A stretch of DNA of 64,000 nucleotides from a virus (taxonomy: Duplodnaviria > Caudoviricetes), in the IMG/VR virus record IMGVR_UViG_3300021400_000130, positions 32,001 through 96,000 of that record, one strand, 5' to 3'. Within the stretch, counting starts at the first letter, position 1; the number at the start of each line of letters is the position of its first letter. Position numbers and translations under genes: made by a program. Shown piece by piece: positions 37,212-45,166 of the stretch. The notes under the pieces are model-generated. The model made no database searches and was not told the origin of the DNA. It saw nothing but the letters and a program-made list of their open reading frames with translations.

Positions 37212-38552
37212 ATGGCACTCAGAATAAATATTTCTGAAAGAGATTTAACTCAATCTGTTGAAGCTCTTTCAAATACTGACATTGTTTTTATTCCTGGATT
37301 GTCTTCCGTGACAACCGTTGAGCAGTTCACTCCTATTACCTGTACAACACTTTCAGAGTTCATTACTACTTTCGGACCTTATCCCGTACTATTCAATTCT
37401 GCAATGGAGTACAGTGGTTTTGGTGAAGGTCACGGATTTGCAGAGGCCGCTATTCCAACTACTGGTAATCTATTTGATGCTGAATCTCCTGATCCTTCTT
37501 GGATTTATGCAGCAAAACTTTTATCTCAAGGCTTACAGGTAATCTATTGTAAGATTAATACTAATGCTCAGATTAATGCAAATGGTAAGTTTACTGGGAG
37601 CGTAACTGATCTTTACGGTCAGCTTGCTACATTATTTGCATCTACTTCTACAAATCTTACCAGCAAGGGAGATTTTGATTTCAAGTATCTGACCTCTGGT
37701 GGATATCCTGTCTTTGAATATGAAGGCAATAGCATCGTGATGGATATGTTAAATATCTGTGCCACAAGAGGAGACGCAGTAGCACTTATTGACCATACTG
37801 ACAATCCTGGTAGAGCACTAAATGCTTCGGATACAACTTCTGTTGTATATGCACTGAATAATACTTATGCTAATAGCTTTACTAACGGAGCTTACGCATC
37901 AATGTTTACTCCTTGGGGTATATATCCTCAGACAGTATACACCAACGATACTTATTCAACATTCCCACTTCCCGGATCTTTTGCATACCTCACATCTCTT
38001 GCACAGTCCTTACAAACTAACTACAACTGGGCAGTTGTTGCTGGTGTAAGTAGAGGTCTTGTACCTGGACTTATTGAGTTACACACAAATGAGGTGTTAA
38101 CAAATGCAATTGCTGATGCTTACCAGAACTTCGGTGTTGGTACATCTCTGAATGGTATCTATGTAAATGCTATTACTCGTATTAAGCCTTATGGATTCTG
38201 CATTTGGGGTAACAGAACACTCAGACAGAATGGTACATTAGGTCTACAAGCAATGTCGTATCTGAATCTTCGTAACTTAACTTGCGATGTTAAGAAACAG
38301 ATCTACACAGCTTGCATCAATCTGCTATACGAACAGAATACTGCTACTCTTTGGACTAACTTTAAGTCATACTTAACTCCTCTTCTTGACCAGATGGTTT
38401 CAGGAAGTGGTATTTCTGGATACAGAATCTTAAGAAATGCTTCTGACAGCCCAACAAAGATTAGTGCTTCTATTCGTATATATCCGATCTATGCTGTTGA
38501 GAGTTTTGACATTACAGTCTATATGACTGACGATGATGTCACAGTAGCATAA
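37212..38552 (+). CDS. Tail sheath protein
   Basis: INISERDLT, C..RGDAVALID, W.VVAGVSRG, VNAI......GFCIWGNRTL, LNLRNL, YEQN...LW..F. Confidence 0.92.
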   Translation: MALRINISERDLTQSVEALSNTDIVFIPGLSSVTTVEQFTPITCTTLSEFITTFGPYPVLFNSAMEYSGFGEGHGFAEAAIPTTGNLFDAESPDPSWIYAAKLLSQGLQVIYCKINTNAQINANGKFTGSVTDLYGQLATLFASTSTNLTSKGDFDFKYLTSGGYPVFEYEGNSIVMDMLNICATRGDAVALIDHTDNPGRALNASDTTSVVYALNNTYANSFTNGAYASMFTPWGIYPQTVYTNDTYSTFPLPGSFAYLTSLAQSLQTNYNWAVVAGVSRGLVPGLIELHTNEVLTNAIADAYQNFGVGTSLNGIYVNAITRIKPYGFCIWGNRTLRQNGTLGLQAMSYLNLRNLTCDVKKQIYTACINLLYEQNTATLWTNFKSYLTPLLDQMVSGSGISGYRILRNASDSPTKISASIRIYPIYAVESFDITVYMTDDDVTVA

Positions 38553-38574
38553 GGGATAAGGAGGATAAAATCAT

Positions 38575-39183
38575 ATGGCTATAAAATATAATCCCAGTAC
38601 AGTAGATATCTCTTCTAACTTTGCTATTGGCACATATAATCTAGCTGATAATCCTAACCTGTATGAAATAGCTCGTTCAAACAACTTCGAGTTTATCATT
38701 TCTGATTTTGATAATTTACAACCTGCAAGCAGCAATGACACTAACATGACAAAGCTGCAAAAAGGTCAAGAGATTATTAGAATGTCAGTAACTCGTACTT
38801 CTGTTCCTCACTTCTCACAAGAAGTCATTCGTGTTAGAAGAGGAAATAATGAACTTAAGTATGCTGGTGTTCCTTCCTTCGGAGAAGGTAGCCTAGTTGT
38901 CAACGACTATATTGGAGCTGGAACAAAAGATTACTTAATGGCATGGCAGAATCTTTCTTACAATGTTATCACTGAGAAGGTCGGTCTTGTTCAGGATTAC
39001 AAGAAGAACTGCACACTCATTGAGTACAGCCCAGATTACCAAGTGGTTAGAAGCTGGACACTTTATGGCTGCTGGATTAGCAATCTGTCAGAAGATGACT
39101 TTGATAGCGACAATGGAAACGCTCCAAGAAGAGTAACAGCTACTATTCAGTATGACCATGCTAAATTAGACGCTGACGTCTAA
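38575..39183 (+). CDS. Tail tube protein (T4 gp19-like)
   Basis: RSNNFEF, KYAGVPSF, LMAWQ, DYKK, WTLYGCW, TIQYD; follows sheath. Confidence 0.88.
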   Translation: MAIKYNPSTVDISSNFAIGTYNLADNPNLYEIARSNNFEFIISDFDNLQPASSNDTNMTKLQKGQEIIRMSVTRTSVPHFSQEVIRVRRGNNELKYAGVPSFGEGSLVVNDYIGAGTKDYLMAWQNLSYNVITEKVGLVQDYKKNCTLIEYSPDYQVVRSWTLYGCWISNLSEDDFDSDNGNAPRRVTATIQYDHAKLDADV

Positions 39184-39348
39184 TAAAAAGATATTGTATA
39201 GAATAATAGGGACAGTCATATCCTATTATGATTTCTAGAAATAGATTACCTATTTATTTTATATATCAAGATAACTAAAAAGTTGAATAGATAACATTTG
39301 AATTACTGATATATAAGATAAATTTACTTAAATTAAATATTATTTTAT

Positions 39349-40125
39349 ATGGAGAGTATTCAAATGAATCAAAAAGACTATACTATTAATCAAACATTTA
39401 CTCTACCTAGTGGTGGTAGAGTGTATAACGAATTGGTAGGCCCAGACATCACACTTCGTTCTATGACAACTCAGGAAGAGATGAAAAGATTGTCTCATTC
39501 TGATTCGCCATATAAGAACATCTGTGAAATTATTGACGACTGTATTGTATCTAACTGCAGTATTTCCAGTCGCGATATGTGTCTTGCGGACTACCGATTT
39601 TTACTTTATATGCTAAGAGTTGTTACTTATGGTAATAATTATAAACTTAGCACTACATGTCCTTACTGTGGTTGTGGAAATGTAGATACGATTGACTTGA
39701 CCAAACTTCCGATGAAAGAATATGACGAGAAAGAAGTTTCAAGTTGTCTTTCATTTGAACTTCCTATGACAAAGAGTAAGGTAGAAATTTATCTACAGAC
39801 CCCAAGAATGATTGACACAGCACAGTACAATGCAAAAGAGTATCGGAAGAAGACAGGACAGAATATTGATTATACAACAGTATTCACTATTCAAGAATTA
39901 CTAAAGAGTATTGATGGAGATCCTGTAAATCCTGTAAAGATTACGGACTGGGTAAAGAATCTTCCGATGGCAGATACAAATATGATTCTAAACTATGCGA
40001 ACAAAGCCAATACAGCTTTTGGAATAGATAATACTTTACATTGTATGTGTGATGTTTGTGGGCTTGACTATTTTGTCAACCTTCGTGCTGACAGAGAGTT
40101 TTTTCGACCCTCTTTGGATATCTGA
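39349..40125 (+). CDS. Baseplate hub/tail assembly chaperone (T4 gp26-like)
   Basis: LPSGG..Y, LRSMTTQEE, D..FLL..LR..TYG..Y, CPYC and C..C Zn motifs, ends EFFRP; true start probably ATG 39364 (GGAG at 39351). Confidence 0.8.
   Translation: MESIQMNQKDYTINQTFTLPSGGRVYNELVGPDITLRSMTTQEEMKRLSHSDSPYKNICEIIDDCIVSNCSISSRDMCLADYRFLLYMLRVVTYGNNYKLSTTCPYCGCGNVDTIDLTKLPMKEYDEKEVSSCLSFELPMTKSKVEIYLQTPRMIDTAQYNAKEYRKKTGQNIDYTTVFTIQELLKSIDGDPVNPVKITDWVKNLPMADTNMILNYANKANTAFGIDNTLHCMCDVCGLDYFVNLRADREFFRPSLDI
40099..40107 (+). other. Candidate programmed +1 ribosomal frameshift site TTT TTT CGA
   Basis: In-frame UUU-UUU-CGA six codons before the stop; a +1 slip enters the open frame ending at 40342. Confidence 0.6.
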
Positions 40126-40342
40126 AAAAGATAAGAAACTATATGCTCCTGTAAGGTTTAGAGATATAGTAAAGGAAAGATATTTGATATCCAAGAATAC
40201 ACATACTTCATATAATGATACAAAGGACATAACACCTACTGAAAGAGAAGTTCTGTTGCAGTTAATTGTTGAAGATTTACAACGGCAACAGGAATTGATT
40301 GAAAAGCAAAAACGAGAAGCCGCTATGAGGAATAAGAGATAG
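40106..40342 (+). CDS. C-terminal extension of the tail chaperone (gp51/GT-like), probably made by frameshift
   Basis: DPLWISEKDKKLYAPVRFRDIVKERYLISKNTHTSYND...ITPTERE.LL..I.E; no obvious RBS-linked start; fills the gap before tape measure. Confidence 0.6.
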   Translation, partial: DPLWISEKDKKLYAPVRFRDIVKERYLISKNTHTSYNDTKDITPTEREVLLQLIVEDLQRQQELIEKQKREAAMRNKR

Positions 40343-40361
40343 CGGATGGCAGGTGATATAA

Positions 40362-42992
40362 TTGGCATTTGATTTAGATGCTTTCTTTGAAGAATATAAT
40401 AATAGAAAACGAATAACAGCTGACAATCTTGCTTCCGAAGCCGCTTTAACTGCGGAGCTTGAAAAACAGGCTAAACACATGGATAGTTTGCAGAAAGCTG
40501 AAGTTGAAAGATCGCTCAGAGCTCGTCAAGCATATGCCCTTGCAACGATGACTCTTACGGAACAAGAAAAAGCTACAAGAAATAATATTAAGTTTCTTGA
40601 GGGAAAGAAAGAAGAGCTCGATCTACGAAAAAGGATGCTAGAACTGGCTCAAGAAGAGACAGAATCTGACGGTGAGAAACAAAGATTAGCTGAAGAAATA
40701 CAGGAAGTATATTCTGAGCAGTTAAAGAATCAAACATTACTTAATGGCTATAAAGAAAGAGAGATACAGTTACAGAGACACATTTCTAAAGGCCAAGAAG
40801 AAGGAGCAACTCTTACAGAAAGAATTGCAAATGCTCAGAAAAGATCGAATGGTTTTCTTGAAAAGCAGAAAGAAAATGAGAAATTACATCAACGTATTCT
40901 TAAAGAAAATCAGGCAATAATTGAGGACACCGCAAGCACAGAAGAAGAACGAGCAGCTGCTAGAGAGCGTATCGCTAGAGAGAAAACTGACTATAATTAT
41001 CGTTCGGAACAGAACGCGGCACAGTATGGTTTTGCTTCTGCAAAAGAAGCAAATAGGCAGAGTATACTTTCCTCATCGTCTGTTAAAGCAACGATACTCA
41101 ATAAGATCTTTGAAGTTGTCGGAAGTATTGAAAAGAAAGTTGGACAATCTATTTCCGAATCTGCAAACTTCCAGGCTCAGTATATGGGCAAAGTTGATGC
41201 TCGTTTACAGAGCGAAGAAGAACTAACAGGCTTCTTCAAACAACTAACCGATGATGTTCAGAAACAAGTAGGTGCTAACAGGTTTGTTTCTCAGAAAGAA
41301 GTTTTGACAAATATTGCAAGATTAACGGAACAAGGTGTTGCTTATAACTTAGAGCAAAGAGCATTATTAGCATCTCTTTCTGATAAGATGGTGACAACAT
41401 TTGATGTTCTTGATGACACGCTTCAAAGACTTATAAGAGTGCAACAGGCTGATCTTACAATGTCTCAACTAGGATCAGAAGCAAAGTTAACTAGATTCTT
41501 AAATAGTCAGTTTGAAGATACTTCTTTCTTAAACCAGATGTATGACAGCGTACTAGGAGCGTTAACGGATTCTATTGCTAGTATGGATAAGAATTCAGCA
41601 ACCTCTTTTACATATGCAGTTGAAAAGTGGTTGGGTTCTCTTTACAGTGTAGGTCTTTCAGATTCTGCAATACAAACAATCGCTTCTGGAATCAATGCTT
41701 TAGCAACTGGTAATGTAGCATCTCTTAGTAGTAATCAGCCATTATCTGTTTTGATGAATATGTCAGCGACAGGTGCGGGCTTGTCGTATTCAGATTTACT
41801 TACACAAGGTCTTAATGCTTCAAATGTAAATGATTTGATGCGTTCAATGGTAGACTATTTAAGTACTATTGCAGACAATACAACAGAGAACCAAGTTCTT
41901 CGTTCTCAATGGTCTGATGTTCTTGGTATAACTCTGACAGATCTAAGAGCTGCTAGTAATTTAACACAGAATGATATTTCTGCCATATATAATTCACAAA
42001 CAGATTATAGTAAGTCTGTTGAAGAAACAAGAAATCAGATGCAAACAGTTGTTGGTAGAACTCCTACTTCTGAACGTATTAAGAATATTTCTGATAACTT
42101 TATGTTTGACTGGGGTATGAATATCGCTCAGAATGGTGCTCAATATGTAACTTGGCAACTTTCTCAGATGGCTCAAGGATTGCTTGATTCCTTTGGTCTT
42201 GGTAACAGTATGGTAGGAAAGATTGTGAAGTTAGTTGCCGCAGTTCCTGCACTTGCAAGTTTATCTGAAACTCTTGGAGACATCTCTGAAGCTAACGGTA
42301 GTTTATTTGACTTCTCGTTTGACACAAGCGGAGGAGGAGTTCTCGGTATACTTGGTACCATTGGAAATCTTTTAACGCTTCCTTTCAATATATCTAATGC
42401 GATTTCTAGTTCCTTGGGAAGTGCATTAACAACAGGAATGGGAAGTAATCAAACATTAAAAGGCTTCTCTTGGGATGAGTTTACAATGAGGGGAACAGAT
42501 TACTCTCAAGGTATCGTGGGTGTAACAAGTCCTCATACATCATCTGCTTTTTCTAGTTATAATAGTGCACAAGAAGCTTATGACGGTGTTGTAATTACAG
42601 GAAGTACATTTGGAACAGAAGCTCCTGTTATAGAAGGAGTTAGCTCTAGTGCTTACTATACTACTACGGGAGCAACTAGTACAATCAATAATCTTGTTAC
42701 TAATGCAAACAATCTTGCAACTGCAGCCTCATCAATAAGCGGATTGACAGAAGAAATTACTAGTGGAGCGAATGAGATCTACAAAGAATTATTTGAAACA
42801 CAATCAACTCCAATAAGAGTAAAACTTGCAGAGTTAGAAACTTCTTCGTTCAATCAGTTAAATAATATTGTTGCTCAGTTAGATCCAGAAGGAGTTAAGT
42901 TGCTATTACAACAGATACAGTCAACAATACCAACCAATGAAAATAATGCAACATATATGATGCAGATGATGGATATGGTGAGGAGGTTATAA
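40362..42992 (+). CDS. Tape measure protein
   Basis: 876-aa helical, Ala/Gln/Ser-rich protein with N-terminal coiled coil and hydrophobic Gly-rich stretch; follows tube and chaperone; TTG start. Confidence 0.75.
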   Translation: MAFDLDAFFEEYNNRKRITADNLASEAALTAELEKQAKHMDSLQKAEVERSLRARQAYALATMTLTEQEKATRNNIKFLEGKKEELDLRKRMLELAQEETESDGEKQRLAEEIQEVYSEQLKNQTLLNGYKEREIQLQRHISKGQEEGATLTERIANAQKRSNGFLEKQKENEKLHQRILKENQAIIEDTASTEEERAAARERIAREKTDYNYRSEQNAAQYGFASAKEANRQSILSSSSVKATILNKIFEVVGSIEKKVGQSISESANFQAQYMGKVDARLQSEEELTGFFKQLTDDVQKQVGANRFVSQKEVLTNIARLTEQGVAYNLEQRALLASLSDKMVTTFDVLDDTLQRLIRVQQADLTMSQLGSEAKLTRFLNSQFEDTSFLNQMYDSVLGALTDSIASMDKNSATSFTYAVEKWLGSLYSVGLSDSAIQTIASGINALATGNVASLSSNQPLSVLMNMSATGAGLSYSDLLTQGLNASNVNDLMRSMVDYLSTIADNTTENQVLRSQWSDVLGITLTDLRAASNLTQNDISAIYNSQTDYSKSVEETRNQMQTVVGRTPTSERIKNISDNFMFDWGMNIAQNGAQYVTWQLSQMAQGLLDSFGLGNSMVGKIVKLVAAVPALASLSETLGDISEANGSLFDFSFDTSGGGVLGILGTIGNLLTLPFNISNAISSSLGSALTTGMGSNQTLKGFSWDEFTMRGTDYSQGIVGVTSPHTSSAFSSYNSAQEAYDGVVITGSTFGTEAPVIEGVSSSAYYTTTGATSTINNLVTNANNLATAASSISGLTEEITSGANEIYKELFETQSTPIRVKLAELETSSFNQLNNIVAQLDPEGVKLLLQQIQSTIPTNENNATYMMQMMDMVRRL

Positions 42993-42995
42993 TAG

Positions 42996-44168
42996 ATGGC
43001 ACAGTATTTTTCAAACACTATAGAAAGTAAGTTTATAAAGAACCTTCTTTGTAATACTCCTCTCCCTACGTATGACACTGTTAGAGAAGGAGATTATATT
43101 CTTGCTCCTTTTACATATATAAATAGATGTGATATATTTAGATGTACTAAAAGTGGTATATTTACTGAAGATGCGGAAGTTGAAAGATTTAACCACTTTT
43201 CATTTGGTACATACTATCCTAAGTTTACAGAAAAGTTCATGTCAAATAATCTCTACTATGATGTAGATACCCATAAACAATTAGGACATTACTTAAGAAC
43301 TTATCGCGATTGTTTTAATATAGATCTAATGCCCTTTTATAATTGTTGGTGTAATGAGTATGTTTCAGGTTATTTTGTAACAGATAAAGGAGTAGTTGAA
43401 GGAGATAACTCACAGTATAAAGTTGCTATTGTACCTATTAAGTTCAATAAACAGTATACAATAGCAGCAGACTCAACTTCTCCTGTAATGATTGCTCCAA
43501 TATATCTTGAAAACAATCAGTTGATTCCTGCCTGGTCTGGTTCGGTGTCTTTTGATTTAACAAAAGATCTCTGTTCTAGAAATGGTTATAGTAACGTTCA
43601 TAGAGAATTATCTTGTTCTTTCAAACAACCATTTGTAGTAGAAGTTCAGAATCACGAAGGTGATTCTCATGCTGTTGTCCATCAGAGAAATGAAAGATAT
43701 CTTTACTTACTGATTCAATTTATGTCAACAGTAGACACTACATTGATTGTTCTAGAAGGGGATTACAGAAACCTTTCTTGCACCAAGATATATAATTCAG
43801 AAGAAAAACTTGATGTTGAACATGACGGAGTTGTAACCACTGAGAAAAATATTATTACTCCAAAAGAATGGGACGCTATGATGTTGAGTAATCTTGATTT
43901 ACTTCAGTTAAGTAGTAAAGAGCAGCGTCCATTTTCAAATAGATTAGTTGAATATCTCTTAGAGAATGTAATTACTTCTAGAGATGAAATTGCACTTGAT
44001 ATAAAGATTGCTCAAAGAAGTAGAATGGAACAATCTGGTATATGGAGTAACAATCTTAGAAGGTTACTCTACGAAAATTATTTACTGAGTAGACATACAA
44101 GAAAGATTGATATTACAGGGTATGTCGACAAAGATGTTGAAAATGCTATTATGAAAGGATACATGTAA
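42996..44168 (+). CDS. Hypothetical tail/baseplate protein
   Basis: Tightly packed in tail operon; no motif recognised. Confidence 0.5.
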   Translation: MAQYFSNTIESKFIKNLLCNTPLPTYDTVREGDYILAPFTYINRCDIFRCTKSGIFTEDAEVERFNHFSFGTYYPKFTEKFMSNNLYYDVDTHKQLGHYLRTYRDCFNIDLMPFYNCWCNEYVSGYFVTDKGVVEGDNSQYKVAIVPIKFNKQYTIAADSTSPVMIAPIYLENNQLIPAWSGSVSFDLTKDLCSRNGYSNVHRELSCSFKQPFVVEVQNHEGDSHAVVHQRNERYLYLLIQFMSTVDTTLIVLEGDYRNLSCTKIYNSEEKLDVEHDGVVTTEKNIITPKEWDAMMLSNLDLLQLSSKEQRPFSNRLVEYLLENVITSRDEIALDIKIAQRSRMEQSGIWSNNLRRLLYENYLLSRHTRKIDITGYVDKDVENAIMKGYM

Positions 44169-44170
44169 TA

Positions 44171-44824
44171 ATGGCAGTACCATTTAACAATCATTATAGT
44201 AGATATGTTATGCCAGATAACTATCTATATCTATATCATGTTCCCAATAATAGAGGAACGATGGGAGTATGTATATTACTTCCTGCATATGCAGATTCAG
44301 TTACTGATACACAGAATGTAAACTTTACTCCTTCAACTCCTCTTGCTCGTTCGGCTCCCATTTATTCATATGCAAGTTCTGGTCCTCGTTCGTTACAAGT
44401 GTCTTTCAATCTACACAGAGACATGATGAAACAGATTAATTATGGTGTTAGTACTGCTATGATAGAAAGTGAAAGTAATGATGATTATACAGATTTACTT
44501 ATCAAGTATATTCAAGCGGCTGCACTTCCTACATATGAAGTTGCTAAGAAGATGGTCAATCCTCCACAAGTAGCACTGAGATTAGGACAAGACTTGTTTA
44601 TAAAAGGAGTAATTTCTGGAGCTGTTGGTGTTACATATCGTTACCCTATGTTAAGTGATGGGAAGTATGCACTTGTTGATGTAGCTTTCAATGTAACAGA
44701 AACAGAACCTTATGATGCTTTAATAGCAGCTCAGATGGGTAGCTCAAGAGGTTTAAATACTTCTCTTGCAAGAAATCTGTATGTAGCAGCCCCGCCTTTT
44801 TCTACATATTCTAATATTTCTTAA
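44171..44824 (+). CDS. Baseplate tube-initiator-like protein
   Basis: DSVTD....F.....LARSAPIYSYASSGPRSLQVSF...P.Y......PPQV.LRLG..LFIKGVI. Confidence 0.65.
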   Translation: MAVPFNNHYSRYVMPDNYLYLYHVPNNRGTMGVCILLPAYADSVTDTQNVNFTPSTPLARSAPIYSYASSGPRSLQVSFNLHRDMMKQINYGVSTAMIESESNDDYTDLLIKYIQAAALPTYEVAKKMVNPPQVALRLGQDLFIKGVISGAVGVTYRYPMLSDGKYALVDVAFNVTETEPYDALIAAQMGSSRGLNTSLARNLYVAAPPFSTYSNIS

Positions 44825-44837
44825 GTGGTGATTAGAT

Positions 44838-45152
44838 ATGGATAAGTTAACAGATAAGACATACAAAACTTATAAAAGAGTTTCTAGATACAGTTCATTT
44901 CCGTATTATTATGATACTGTAAATAACAAATACATATACGGGACTCTAAATCATCTTGACCCTTCTACTCCTTATACTTCATATATAGTTAAGAAGAATG
45001 ATACACTTGATTCTATCTCTCTTGCTTTCTATAATACTCCTTTATACTTTTGGGTCATATGTGACTTCAATAAATTGAATGACCCGTTTGTTAAACTTGT
45101 TGAAGGTACATCAATCAATATACCTATTTTGTCAAGTATTGAGTTTCAGTAA
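44838..45152 (+). CDS. LysM-domain baseplate protein (gp53/P2 X-like)
   Basis: YIVKKNDTLDSISLAFYNTPLYFWVICDFN...DPF....G..I.IP. Confidence 0.8.
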   Translation: MDKLTDKTYKTYKRVSRYSSFPYYYDTVNNKYIYGTLNHLDPSTPYTSYIVKKNDTLDSISLAFYNTPLYFWVICDFNKLNDPFVKLVEGTSINIPILSSIEFQ

Positions 45153-45166
45153 GAAGGTAGATTAGT

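Noticed and set aside
39184-39348. AT-rich 165-nt gap after tail tube as possible tRNA/ncRNA
   Set aside because: Only a weak hairpin (ATAATAGG...CCTATTAT); no cloverleaf or recognisable RNA motif; better explained as a promoter/terminator region
40049-40105. ORF-track start for the 97-aa ORF at 40049
   Set aside because: No evident RBS, and the region overlaps the Cys motif of the upstream gene; frameshift entry near 40103-40106 is more parsimonious
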